Of a stretch of DNA of 64,000 nucleotides, positions 1 to 12,815 are shown one piece after another. The notes under the pieces are model-generated. The model saw nothing but the letters and a program-made list of their open reading frames with translations, was not told where the DNA came from and did not search any database. How positions within the stretch are numbered: the first letter of the stretch is position 1; each line of letters starts with the position of its first letter. The DNA lies in the NCBI GenBank assembly GCA_965649765.1, contig OZ287754.1, positions 33,914,001 through 33,978,000 on the forward strand. The letters run 5' to 3'. Source of the stretch: Bispira polyomma. Lineage: Eukaryota. The translations under genes and the position numbers were made by a program.

Positions 1-575
1 CTGCCTTCTCCTGACCATACCTACCTGTTTTTCCATACCTACCTGTTCCAAATATGGAGTAGCATTATAAATATTCCGCATAGCTTGTACTTGAACCATC
101 ATAGCTTGTTGCAGGACCTTGCATAAGTAAAACATCCTAGACGTATCCAATGCGCGAGGAATATTATTAACATAATGGAAGCATGAGGGACATAATAGGC
201 ATAATTGAAGCGTGCCTGGAGCCTGAGTGAAGCAGCTGAAGCGTAATAAATGCATCCTGAACGTTGTAAGCGGAATCAAAACGTTAGGGAAACATGTGTA
301 ATACATTAAAGTCTCAATTCTTAAGACAGTTTACAGGTACGAAATTGTGCAAGCAATAATCATTCTCTTTGTCAAATATAAGAAAATAAGAAAAATAAGA
401 TATAATATTATGAAAACGGATTAAATGTGCCTAAAGCGTAAACAAAGCAGCTCGGACGTAATTTTAGGCTTACTCTCATTTATGCTCAAAATAATGACTT
501 TGTTTACTTGCGTTTCCTCACGTTTGCGAAATTTTAAACGTAAGCAAAACATACTCAGTGGGTTAATGTGTAATT
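1..575. mobile_element. Terminal/subterminal part of a Harbinger-like non-coding DNA element
   Basis: The reverse complement of ~500-565 (cactgagtatgtt...tttcgcaaacgtgaggaaacg) resembles the start of the TIR element at 59655 (cactgagtacgtt...tttcgtaaacg...gaggaaacg). Ngaro protein similarity starts only after ~577. Confidence 0.35.
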
Positions 576-576
576 A

Positions 577-2390
577 CCAACCTGTGTGGGGTAAACCAGT
601 TACTAGAAATTACCTCCAATGTGGCTCACTTGAACAATGGGCAGTGGCAACACACAAGGCTGTGAGTGATTGGGGTTGCCCCAATTATATGGGTGTGCGT
701 ATACCAGTACCATCTGAGTTAAATATTGGCGCTTGGCGGGAAGCATTTAAAGGGGATGGGGACACAAAACTCTGTGAATATCTCGAGTTCGGAATTTCCC
801 TTGACATAAGAGCTGAGAGTTTTAATTTTAACAGTGAAGTTAAAAACCATGACATTGCTTTAGAATTCCCTGAGAGCATGGATAAGTATTTTATCACTAA
901 AACACCTTCACAAGGCCATAGCAGGCCCATTCAAAGAAAACCCTTATAAGCAATTGCATTGTTTCCCTGTCATGACGTAGCCTGAAGACGATAACACCCG
1001 ACGTCTGATTGTTGACCTCTCGTGGCCCTATGACAACACATTTGTCAATAGTGTGGTGACAGATGGGGTGTACGATGGGCAAAGCTTTGTTCTAACCCTT
1101 CTGACTATAAACATGATATTGGCCCTACAGCAAAAATATATAAGCTGGATCTCTCACATGCTTTTAGGAACCCACGGATCGATCCGGGTGACTATAAGTA
1201 CACAGGTTTGCATTGGGGTGACAGTACATATATAGATTTAGCCGTCATGATGGGTTATAAGCAAGGTACGGCTATATGTGAGCGGGTCACATCATATTAA
1301 GAAAGCAATTCAGGATCTATGATCTGGTTGCCGTAGAAACCAGTGAAAAGGCAAAAGAATCATTTGACCAATTGTGCGGTTTGATTGAGCACCTAGGCCT
1401 CCCTATAAATCCAAAGAAAGTATTTTCCTCTGCAGAACAAGTTGTGTGTATGGAAATTATGGTTAACACTAGGACGGGCATGCTCAAAACACCTGAAGAT
1501 AAATTAGAGCAAATTAAGCTTATGTGTGAACAATAGAAGGGAAAAATCCGGTGTACTAGAAAAAGTTTGCAGTCTATACTTGGAAAATTGTTGCGTGTCT
1601 CCCGCTCGTCTGTTTTTAAATAAAATGTTAAGAATATTGAGGGAAACATACCCCAGCAAGAACATCACACTCACTAGAGAATTCAAAGCGGACATAAATT
1701 GGTTTAATGAATTTTCGGGGTCACTTAATGGGGTTGTAGAGATGCACCTAAAAAGTGGACCAGTGCATGACCTATATGTAGACCCTTCTCTGGTGGGCAT
1801 TGGGGCTATGTGGAGTAAAAATGTTCATGCTGCATCCCTCCCTGTCCAAAAACCCATGTGTTTTAGAATAGTGCATTTTGAAATGTGAAACGTCCTAATG
1901 GTGTTGCATGTATGGGGACATTGTCTCAAAAATTGTACTGTGATAATGGCTGTGGTGTGATAATGGAGCGGTAGTAGCAGGACTAAATTCTAGTCGCTTT
2001 CATGATCAAAACTTGGGTATCATGGCCCGTTCTATTTGGTTGGAAACAGCCAAATATAATATTAAACTTGACGTTGTGCATATAGCGGGAGTAAAAAATA
2101 TCTATGCAGAATATCTGTCCAGAATGTTAATTCCTGGTTATAACAATGAAAGAGTGCATGGTGAAGTTTCTAAAAAGAAATGGTGGGATGTTACCTACAG
2201 TCATTTTGTATTAAATACAGAACTTTAATTTACAATTTCAGGTTCTCTACTGCAAAAATACCTCACCAGTACAGCCCAAGCTAGGTTAGAAAATGCTTTG
2301 GCAACTAGAACAAAGCTAGCTTATGGCAACTGTTTAGGATATTATGTATTTTTAATTTCAATGACTTCAACCCTCCAAATTTGTTTCAAT
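577..2390 (+). mobile_element. Ngaro-type YR retrotransposon copy 1, left part: decayed RT, RNase H and YR N-terminus
   Basis: Frameshifted motifs PNYMGVRIPVPSELNIGAW, RRLIVDLSWP, KLDLSHAFRN, ARLFLNKML, DINWF, LYVDPSLVGIGA, IVHFEM, VVHIAGVKNIYAEYLSR; YR start ARLENALATRTKLAY. Confidence 0.85.
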
Positions 2391-2911
2391 TATCCCACTG
2401 AAGGCAGGCATTAAGAACTGAACCCACGACCACATAATTTCCATCAGGCACCTCTGAATGGGACAAGTGGCTTTGATATTTTAATGATTTTGGATCAAAA
2501 TTAAGTCTAACATAGAACTTTTAAGCCAGTTTGACCTTGGTGAAATGTGAATATATCAAAACATTCAAAGGACACAGGCCCTGATCAGCTACACCTTAGT
2601 TTCATATTCCAAACATGTTGGACCACTAATGAGCAAGGTATAGCTATAGGCAATTATAAGTTTCAGAATCCAAACTTGACTTTAACCAACAGGTGCAAGG
2701 TCAAATCTGAAAAAATTAAATAATACTTACAACAAATTTACAAAACAAGAGATATTTAACTGTCTCGTCTTTATTAAAAATTTAAAAAATGTTTCTTAAG
2801 TAACAGTCTCACACGGCTGCACAGATGTGTCTTCATAAACAGTCACAATGGGTGCAACCTACTGGATGCGGCTGTCTGTGGTTTCCTCAAAACCAGCCAG
2901 TAATGTCCCCA

Positions 2912-5874
2912 TCAACACCTGGATTTCAGCAACCGAGATTGTAAAGGTTCACCAAAAGCTGTAGAGGCAGCCATTTCCCTTGGCTTTGGTGTAGATAACG
3001 AACTAGGTGATGGGATTGAAAGATTGGGAGATGTGTCTATTTGTGAGGGTAGTGTGAAGTCCATTCCCCAGTTGTCTTGCTCCTGTTCCAGGGAGGGGGA
3101 TCTGGTCAGCGTGGAAGATGCAGCTGTCTGTGTAGATGTCACAGCTCTCTGTAATGCAGCATTGTCCCTGTGAAATACAAAATCAATACCTTGTTTGATT
3201 GAGGTGGAAAAAGTAGTAAAAACATTGGACAGATGGAAACATATTCTAATTGTTTTAGACTTTTATAGCACTGATTCTGCTGTTAATTACAGATAGGGCT
3301 TAAGGCTGAGAGGTGGAAAAACTTGTAAAAACATTGGACAGGTGGAAACATATTCTAATTGTAATTAAACTTTTATATTACAACATATTTTGGGGGGCTC
3401 ATTGATGTGGCCTCTATATAAAACTTCGCTGTAGTTGCCGTCAATTGGTTACTTGCACCGCTAATTTCAAAGCATGTTAACTTCTGCAACCATTACAATC
3501 TCCACGAAATTTTAACTTTTATTTTGACAGGTTCTGAAATCTAACTTATCCCAAAAACTACAGACAAGGCATAAGGTACATTCTAAATCATTGTATTTTG
3601 ATATTTGAATATATATCTACAGCTAAAAATTACATTAGCTTACCACACATACCTCACTAATCAATATATTGTTAACAGAAGAAAACAAACCGTCATTGAA
3701 AGTTTTAATAAAATTTCATTTAAATTTAATTGGTAATTACAGTATAACCTTGATTATCCGACCATATTGGGTAAATACTTTGTTAGTTCTGATAAGAGAA
3801 ATGTCAATAAATGGCACATGTTAGGATAAACAAAGAATGGGACCACGGCCAGTAAAATTAAATATTTGGATAATAGAAGTTCTAATGTTTTTTACATAAG
3901 AAACATAAATTTACTTATTCTACATACGAAACATATAAATTTACTTACACATATTTGTCCAGCAGTTGAAGCACCTCGACACTGTACTGGCAGAAGGATC
4001 TGTCGTCCAACTGCCGACAGCTGTTCCCAAGCATCACCTTAAACTGTAACCTGGGGTTAGTAGAAAGACCTTGCTGTTGCGCCAAGGTGTCATACATCAT
4101 TTTCTGTAGGCGCGATGTCTGGTTTGCCTGTTCGAGGATCTTTTCCATGATCTGCTGATCATCGGTATCTTTGGAATTCCCACGCCTTGGCCTCTTCAGG
4201 GTAGTAGCTTGTGTTGGTGTGGGAGTTCGAGTCGGACCTACGGGAGTTCCCTCAGGCAACTCATCAGCCTCAGCCTCTTGGCCAAATGCTGGTTCCATGT
4301 CCCGGATCTCTGCTTCTGCTTCGGCTTCTGTTGGGCCAGAGGTTTCAGGAACTTCTCTCTCTATCATGGTGATCCGAATCACATGGTCTCTGTTGTACTT
4401 GAGCTGTAATTGAAAAGACAAATACTGAGACATTTAAAAGAAAGAAACTGAAATTCATAAAGACATTTTTGCAACTGTTTAGCCTGGCCTTTAAAATCTA
4501 AAATATTTAATAAGCACATTTTTCGTGTATTTCATCCTGGGCTGCATCCTAAATGCATTCTAATTGGAACCTTTTGAAATCAATTATGTTACCTTCAGTA
4601 TTATCCATGTAAGTGGAGTGATATTTCTGTAATGAAAACAAATAATATCTCCCCACCATGGTCGGATAACCAAGGTCCTGCTGCACATGCAATAAAAATA
4701 TCCTAAGAAGAGAACTATTCCTTTTTTGTATTTCAAAACTATATTTTACAAACTCGTCATAAATATACATACTATAGACATAGCCAAACAGGTTCATATG
4801 ACTAATTCATTATGAGAGACATTGTTCAACCATAATACATTATTGTATGTCCTCTTTGTCATATATTATCTTCAGTTGACTTAATAATGGTAAAACAAAA
4901 TTAAACACAAACTTACTGTGGTGTTCTTCCTCTTTTACAGTCTGGAAATCTGTCCAGACAGGAATGTGCAGTGTTGTAGGATCCACTCAACACGCTTCGT
5001 GGGCTTTCTGTATCCTGCCCCTGACGGTGGCAGCTCTGTGTGGCGGGCATATGTGTTCTTAATATTGGTCCACCACTGGCGGAGCTGATCACATGTTCAA
5101 AGTAAACAACACTTCTATTTATTACCCAAAATGTTTGGATAACAGGACTCATTAGTTATCAGTAAAATAAAATCATTACATGTAACAGTTACAAGTAAGA
5201 ATATCTATTATCCACACATATGATGATTACATCAGATGTTTGGATAACAGGACTCATCAGTTATCAGTACAATATAAGCATTATATATTATTATTCAGAT
5301 ATAAATGACTAAATCAAAAACTTTGATTTACAATTAAGAACTCTATTATCCACACATCTGTTGATTATACTAAATATTTGGATAACAGGACTCATCATTT
5401 ATCAGTAGAATAAAAGCATTACATATTATTATTCACATTTAAGTGACTAAATTAGAAACATTAATTAACAATCTACATACCTGTGAGGTCTAATTCTGCT
5501 GCTTTGTCCTTCCAAATACCCAGCTTCTCCACATTTGCCAGGCTATATTCACGGGACTCCTTGTCCCACAAGACCTTCTATCCTTTCACCCACTCAATCA
5601 CATCGTCTTTCTGGTCAAGTGGCATTTTTAGACTTGCTTTCTTGTCCTTTTTGGCTTTTTTGTCTGAACCGTGACCATCCGAAGAAAGTGCTGATGCTTC
5701 ATTACCAGCCACATCACCAGTCACACCTACCACATCCACCCCAACAGTCTCAACGGTCTCCCCAAGAGTCTCAACAGTCTTCCCAACAGTCTCAACAGTT
5801 TCCTCAACAACGGCCTCAACAGGCTGAATTCTCTTATTGTTCCTCCTTCTCTCCATAATTAATAAAGTATCCAA
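2912..5874 (-). pseudogene. Four-exon MADF (Myb/SANT-like) plus BESS-like protein pseudogene; exons ~5874-5481, ~5092-4917, 4403-3949, 3167-2912
   Basis: VIEWVKG*KVLWDKESREYS...WKDKAAEL and DQLRQWWTNIKNTY..PSGAG..VEWILQHCTFL form the MADF domain; RQLDDRSFCQYSVEVLQLLDKY is BESS-like. Donors gtatgt/gtaagt and cag acceptors keep the frame; AATAAA at 2775-2770. Two in-frame stops, and the exon 2 acceptor appears mutated (cat). Confidence 0.75.
5125..5460. repeat. Three diverged ~105-140 bp tandem copies in the MADF gene intron
   Basis: tttggataacaggactcat...atcagta recurs near 5133, 5238 and 5377. Confidence 0.75.
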
Positions 5875-6165
5875 AATCCACAGATATTCACAAATATTAG
5901 AAAATTAATTACCAAAAACACCATCCAAAAATACCATTAATCCAGAAAACTGATCCACACTCATGAACTGCTATATTTACACTACACTGTGTGGCTTTGC
6001 ACAGGCACACAAAACATATGGAGAATCTTGCATCATCACATGTGAGACATAATGTGGGCCGGGGGGAGCTTGCGTCCAATTTAGTACAACTTGCGAGAAC
6101 TTGAGTGTTCATACGGCCAGTTTTGCAGCATCAAACGTAGACTTGTGTGTACTTGCGAGTCTTTA

Positions 6166-7556
6166 TAATCTAATCTAATCTAGTCGTACTTTTATAGCGC
6201 TTAATCTTTGTACAACAAATTCTAAGACGCAACAAACCCAAAACGTTAATCGCAAATCAAAAATAGTGGGCGGATGGAAGTCGTAACCAGGGAGACTACC
6301 GTAGATGGTTGCGATGGCTAAGGTGGAAAAGCCTGTTCAAAAAGATAGGCCTTCAGCTTACTCCTGAAAGAGGAGAAAGTTTGAGCCAGGCGAACATGAT
6401 CAGGTAGGCTGTTCCAAATGAGGGGGCCATCATGAGCTAGGCAGTGATTGAACTGAACTTTGGATTTGTGGATGCGAGGGTCGAAAGTGGGAATGTTCAG
6501 GTATAATTTATCAGGGTTACTGCGCCTAGTCCTGACTGAGCATGTATATTTGGATAGATGGGGGCTAAAATAAGTGGGTAATCCAGAATTTAGAAATTTA
6601 TATATTATTGTTGCTGTTTTGAAAGCAACACGATATTTTATTGGGAGCCAGTGCAGTGACTTCAGTACAGAAGTAATGTGGGAAAATTTAGATGTTTTGG
6701 TCACAATACGTGCCAAGGAGTGTTGGATATTCTGAAGGCATCTGAGATCACTACGAGATAAGGAACGGAACAGAGAGTTGCAGTAATCAAGCCTACTGCT
6801 GACCAAAGCTTTGGCAACAGTGATTGCAGTGGATTTTGAAAGATAGCGTCGAATCCGCCTGAAATCACGGAGGCCAACAAAATATGATCTACACACCAAT
6901 GCGACATGGTTCGAGAAGGAAAATTCAGAGTCGAACACCACACCCAGGTTTCGTACTTTGTCAGCTGGAAATAGCCTGCTGCCAAGAATGTCAAGTGGAA
7001 AACAGCTGGACAATTTTTTCCGTTGTGACTTGGAGCCAAACAAAATAAACTCAGTCTTCTCAGGGTTCAGCTTGAGTTTATTTGCTGCCATCCAGTGTTG
7101 TACATCAACAAGGCAGCTCTGTAAGGAAGTGAAAGCTACCTGGGCAGAGTCAGGTGTAAGGTGGATGTACAGTTGGGTATCATCAGCATAGAAGTGAAAG
7201 TTTATGTTTTTGTATGCAGCAATAATCTTGCTGAGTGGAGTGGTGTACATGGAAAACAAAATGGGACCCAGGACGGAACCTTGGGCAACACCAAATTTTA
7301 ACCATGTTGGGTCGGATAAGATATTGCCAATTTTGACTGATTGGAATCTATCAGATAAATATGCCGTGAACCACTTAAGCGCCATACCGCTGATACCGAA
7401 CCAGGATGATAGGCACTCAAGAAGAACTTTGTGATCAATAGTATCAAAGGCTGCTGACAGATCCAGCAGTACTAAGGCAGTAGGCATACCTTTGGATAAA
7501 GATGTATGAACATCATTTTTGATGCAGAGAAGTGCAGTCTCAGTAGAATGATCATT
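6166..7556 (-). mobile_element. CR1/L2-group LINE, 5'-truncated copy A (RT C-terminal half, ORF 6318-7487)
   Basis: LLDLSAAFDTIDH, GVAQGSVLGP, FYADDTQLY, SRLDYCNSL, LHWLP; 3' tail (GATTA)n at 6166-6180. Confidence 0.95.
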
Positions 7557-8040
7557 TTATGTGGCAAACGTACAGCTGCGTGGGACAACATAGACTTGCG
7601 TGTGTTAACGTGGGAAACTGCAACATCAAACAACAATTGACGTGTATTTGCAAGCTCTAGCATACATCAAAGGCGGCTTTAACGTGGGAGTTCAGTGTAG
7701 CGGTTTTGCATCAAAGAAACGGCTTACACGTGGCAGTGAGTATGTACATGATGGGCGCGCCCTTGACGTACACAAACACATTGTGGTCTATATAGATGTT
7801 ACATCATGTTTAAAGACGTAATGCTTACGTGAAAGTTCACACTTGAATACATCACAGTTTTACTGCTCTTGCATGTCAAAATTTTAAACCGTTTGAAATT
7901 ACAAATATCGTGTCAACTCTCACGCTAGTTTATGTGTGTTTCTGTATGTAACATTTGCTCACGGGAATACCACGCAAACTTTATGCAAACCCAAATTCCT
8001 AACGACTGCTTACATGTAAGTCAGTGGGACTGGGGCATTA

Positions 8041-8600
8041 TGTACAAATTTAATTGATGTTTAATCCCTCTTGCAGTCTTCAAGGTTAGGCTAGTCTTTA
8101 GAGAAGTAATTGTTTCTTTGTCCTTTAATCCTCAATAATTTACTTTTCATTCATTTCGACGCTCAGGAGCAACTCTGGCATTTGATAAGAATGTAGAGTT
8201 GCAGGGGATCATGGCGCATGGGGGTGGAGGTCAGCAGCAGTGTTGGCTTACCTCCAGTTTACTCCCAATGCCTCAGCAACCGTTGCGACTTCCCTACAAA
8301 ATATATTACAGCAACATTAAGTATACAGTATGGCGTTTGGGCAAATTAATAGTTATATGTTTATAGTATGTCTAGTAATATGTAGTATGTAGAGGAAATT
8401 CAATTGTAAACTAAACTTGACGTTTACCTTCAAAGGTCACTCTTAAGATAACCTTAACTTAAGCAATTATGGTAACCTTAATTTAAAACATTTTTAAAGC
8501 TTAATCTTAGTTAAAGGTGATCTTAAGTCACCCAATTTATTCTTTATTAAGGGTAAACTTCATTTATGGCGACCTGAACTCTTAAGGCCACCCCTTTTCA
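8041..8600 (+). mobile_element. Ngaro copy 1, right part: YR C-terminus and AT-rich 3' region
   Basis: ~8140-8255 translates to FTFHSFRRSGATLAFDKNVELQGIMAHG..WRS..AYL (HxxR, HG-W and Y catalytic region); followed by ggtaacctta/cttaag-rich sequence. Confidence 0.75.
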
Positions 8601-9135
8601 AATCAAAATTCTTTGGTTGATGTTTTAACCCACTAACCTTAGATTTTAGCTGTTAGATATATATGTATATAATAAATGCCCAAAGTGCTATACACCTTGT
8701 TTTCACTATCACTTTGTTCAATATCATTTTTCCCTTGTCTGGGGTGCTTTGTGGACTGGTAATCTCTATGTTCTTTGACTCAAAAAGAAGGTTTACACTT
8801 TTTCAAAGAGATAAATATCCATATAAATATTTCTGAATTTCAAAATGTTTGCTATAATTCAGATTTATATTCTTTTGGATAACCAGGCTACTACAACATA
8901 TACGAAAAAAGAAACCTATGTGCTATTTTGATCCTAGACTCTCTTTCTCGTCACTTGTTTTGAACATTTGTAAATCATCCACATTACCTCAACTGTCCCG
9001 GTTCTGATTATTACCATTTGTTTGTAGTCACATTAACTATTGTGGATCATTATGGTTTGGTCTATTATAGTTTAACCTTAAAAGACTCGTCAATGTAGTC
9101 TGGGTACAATTGTTATAAAGTCCCCCAAGGTTTAA

Positions 9136-9500
9136 ACAAGGCGCAGTAACCCTGATAAATTATACCTTAACATTCCCACTTTCAACCCTCGCATCCACAA
9201 ATCCAAAGTTCAGTTTAATCACTGCCTAGCTCATGATGGCCCCCTCATTTGGAACAGCATACCTGATCATGTTCGCCTGGCTCAAACTTTCTCCTCTTTC
9301 AGGAGTAAGTTGAAGGCCTATCTTTTTGAACAGGCTTTTCCACCTTAGCCGTCGCAACCATTTACGGTAGTCTCCCTGGTTACGACTTCCATCCGCCGAC
9401 TATTTTTGATTTTCGATTAACGTTTTGGGGTTGTTGCACCTTAGAATTTGTTGTACAAAGATTAAGCGCTATAAAAGTACGACTAGATTAGATTAGATTA
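9136..9500 (+). mobile_element. CR1/L2-group LINE 3' fragment, copy B
   Basis: Near-identical reverse complement of the 3' ends of copies A and C; ends ctagattagattagatta; ttaaacaa is present at both junctions. Confidence 0.93.
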
Positions 9501-9780
9501 AACAAAAACACTCCTTAAGTAAGAAACCTTATTTCATCATTTACAAAATATTACAGTCTAGTTCACCAACTTGCATTCACAAAATTATGTATCTACAGAT
9601 GTCTGCTAGAAACATTTGTATGAGTATGTAGATCTTAAATAAAATAGTCTTTAAAGTGAGACTGACTTCACCCTAGACTTGTGTGACCTGTGTTATCAAG
9701 TAATGATATGTGTGATGTGTGTTCATCCATAACATAAACTTTTGCTTTGCACTGTTAAGAAATACTTCATACTTACACAA

Positions 9781-10440
9781 TTTATAATACAGCCTACCAG
9801 TGACAAACATAAATACTAATCTATAATACAGCCTACCAGTGACAAACATAAATACTAATTTATAATACAGCCTACCAGTGACAAACATAAATACTAATTT
9901 ATAATACAGCCTACCAGTGACAAACATAAATACTAATTTATAATACAGCCTACCAGTGATAGACATGAATACTAATTTATAATACAGCCTACCAGTGACA
10001 AACATAAATACTAATTTATGATACAGCCTACCAGTGACAAACATAAATACTAATTTATAATACAGCCTACCAGTGACAAACATAAATACAGCCTACCAGT
10101 GACAGACATAAATACTAATTTATACTACAGCCTACCAGTGATAGACATAAATACAGCCTACCATTGACAGACATAAATACAGCCTACCAGTGACAGACAT
10201 AAATACAGCCTACCAGTGACAGACATAAATACAGCCTACCAGTGACAGACATAAATACAGCCTACCGGTGACAGACACAAATACAGCCTACCAGTGACAG
10301 ACACAAATACAGCCTACCAGTGACAGACATAAATACAGCCTACCGGTGACAAACATAAATACAGCCTACCAGTGACAGACATAAATACAGCCTACTAGTG
10401 ACAGACATAAATACAGCCTACCAGTGACAAACATAAATAC
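9781..10440. repeat. Minisatellite, 39-bp units switching to 26-bp units
   Basis: Unit tttataatacagcctaccagtgacaaacataaatactaa repeated about 8 times, then aaatacagcctaccagtgacagacat about 12 times. Confidence 0.95.
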
Positions 10441-11243
10441 AAATTTCATCTAGTTAATATAAAAGGTATAAAAATGGAATAACTTTGACGTAAAGAAGGG
10501 TGTTTTCTAATGAAAACGGCTTCTTGCTTCCATATACTTTATCAATTACTATTTTTATAAAGCAAAATGGAAATCTGGTGGGAAATCATGTTCTGATTTT
10601 CTCCTAGCAGGTCTCTGGGTTTGTGTTTGTATCTTTATTGTTGTGTTGGTGTGTGTGTGTGTGTCTATGACGGGTGCCTGTGTCGTTGTGTGTGTAGCCA
10701 GTAAGCCATTGTGATGTATGCAGGCAGTGTTCCAGTCACTGACGAGACCACAGGCTACAGAGGCTCAGTGTGTGTCACAGGAGAGAGTAGTGGTATAGTG
10801 TCCATACGGCGTGGGATCTGGATAAACTAGGGACTTCTACACAGTTGAGGGATACACCAAGTGAACAACAAAATAAACAAACCTTAACTGATTGATACAC
10901 TTTTTTAAGACTGGTAAATAAATCGCACGTATTGTTCAGATAACGTAAATATTGTAGACGTATGCGTGTTTACAAACACTCAGTAAGAGTGGTGTGTAAA
11001 CCAGATTCTGAGTAGGTAATGATTGATACTTCGACCATATCTAAGGTAATCATAATCACTGGATATTTACAGCTATTTCAATGAGGTCTCAGTAAAGGTA
11101 TTTAAAAGACCGAGTTGTATATAAAACATCTTTACTACAACACAATGACCAGTAGGACCACTTTGACAGCTGGTCTTTCAAACAGGCCTGGTGTCCACTA
11201 CTCGTCTTGTAACCGTGGGGAGAACACTACCCAAAGAACAACA

Positions 11244-11351
11244 ATGGGCACACGGTCTAAAGACAAATTGGGTGTGGGCAGTGTGCTAGCAAGGTTCACC
11301 AAAAAGAGAAAACATCACAGACACCAGACTTCACTGAGAGATCTCAACAGA
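11244..11351 (+). CDS. DEG/ENaC (ASIC-like) channel, putative first coding exon (MGTRSKDK...RDLNR; alternative in-frame ATG at 11145)
   Basis: Open frame, acaATGg context, and a strong phase-0 donor AGA|GTAAGT matching the phase-0 acceptor of the next exon. No diagnostic protein motif. Confidence 0.55.
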
Positions 11352-11972
11352 GTAAGTATGTGTGTGATATAAGAAGTAACTTACTGATAGACCTTAACAG
11401 ATTAAAAATGTGTGTGGTATACCTAGTAACTGACTGATAGACATTAACAGAGTAAGAATGTGTGTGGTATAACAAGTAACTGACTGATAGACGGACCTCA
11501 ACAGACTAAGTATGTGCATGGTATAACAAGTAACTGACTGATAGACGGACCTCAACAGATTAAATATGTGCATGGTATAACAAGTAACTGACTGATAGAC
11601 GGACCTCAACAGACTAAATATGTGCATGGTATAACAAGTAACTGACTGATAGACGGACCTCAACAGACTAAGTATGTGCATGGTATAACAAGTAACTGAC
11701 TGATAGACGGACCTCAACAGACTAAGTATGTGCATGGTATAACAAGTAACTGACTGATAGACGGGCCTCAACAGATTAAATATGTGCATGGTATAACAAG
11801 TAATTGACTGATAGACGGACCTCAACCGACTAAATATGTTACATGGTATAACAAGTAACTGACTGATAGATGGACCTCAACAGATTAAATATGTGCATGG
11901 TATAACAAGTAACTGACTGATAGACGGACCTCAACCGACTAAGTATGTGCATGGTATAACAAGTAACTGATA
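11341..11972. repeat. Minisatellite of about 12 units of 50/54 bp starting at the exon/intron junction
   Basis: Unit ctcaacagactaagtatgtgcatggtataacaagtaactgactgatagacggac. Confidence 0.95.
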
Positions 11973-12404
11973 TACCTTTTTGTAAACTGGTGTGTGTGGT
12001 CACTTATCTCCCTGTTTAATACGAGGAAAAAAACCTCTGGCAATGTATTGATATCTACCAGTAGTATGGCCTACCATACACCAATGAAGCATTGTAAAGA
12101 CGGACGCTATAGTAAGCTAATATAAATAACATTAATATAAACATTAATCCAGTGTGCCATTATAATTTCCACATTACATTTAAGTATTATTAGGCTGGTG
12201 TGATATCAGACTAAGTACATGCTTTACTGCTGCTGTATAATTCGAAGCCAAAGTGTTTCAAACCTTTTAGTTTGCTTATAACAACAAAATGGGCAAGCTC
12301 TAAGGAAATTGTATATATTAACATGTAGTATCTTATTGTTATTGTTGTCTTCCATTGATAAGAAGGGAAATATAATAGCATGACATTGGGTATTATTTGC
12401 ATAG

Positions 12405-12538
12405 AGGCGCAGTACAGCTGGTTATCAAGTGGTGGCAGCCTCCAAACAGTGGAACATCCTGCTGAGAGAGTTCACCCAGTCCACCACCCTACATGGCATC
12501 CGATACACCACCCTGGACACACGCTTTGTCTTCAGAAG
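12405..12538 (+). CDS. DEG/ENaC channel exon: N-terminal HG gating motif
   Basis: tag|AGG...; RRSTAGYQVVAASKQWNILLREFTQSTTLHGIRYTTLDTRFVFR(R); donor AG|GTCAGT, phase 2. Confidence 0.92.
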
Positions 12539-12815
12539 GTCAGTATCTACCTCTCACTACTTCAATCATAGCATAAGTATGCTCAAACTCGTCAGCTCTT
12601 AGGCCTACCCTGGTGAAAGCTTGTTAATAGACAGGTTATATCTTGATTATGTCTTATATATTGCTATATTAGCTATATAGTATCTGCTATAGCTGTCTTA
12701 TAGCCTTCTATAGTTAAAGGTCTGAGAAACACAAGAAAGTCTGTTATTTTTGCTATAGATAGTTTCCTGAAGTCCACCTGCTTTTCTTCACACCATCACT
12801 GAAGACAGCCCACTT

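Larger units (their letters stand above)
2390..8040 (-). mobile_element. PIF/Harbinger-like DNA transposon (MADF gene retained, no transposase seen) interrupting Ngaro copy 1
   Basis: Ends in CAGTGGGACTGGGGCATTA (8022-8040); a similar end GTGGGACCGGGGCATTA occurs near 15891-15907. Carries a MADF gene as Harbinger ORF2 typically does. The left boundary is inferred from where Ngaro similarity stops. Confidence 0.55.

Noticed and set aside
425-949. ORF as a single gene
   Set aside because: Chimeric: the first ~50 codons come from a non-coding repeat and the rest from the Ngaro RT N-terminus.
2391-2402. Left TIR of the Harbinger-like element (tcccactga)
   Set aside because: Only a 9-bp match to the inverted right end; could be chance.
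10735-10915. Possible 5' UTR exon of the channel gene (donor ctg|gtaaat; acceptor ttgacag at 11169)
   Set aside because: Plausible, but non-coding exons cannot be supported without transcript data.
9781-11972. CRISPR-like arrays, and repeat ORFs 9673-10083 and 11394-11825
   Set aside because: Head-to-tail tandem units with no unique spacers and no cas genes; the ORFs arise because the unit lengths are multiples of three.
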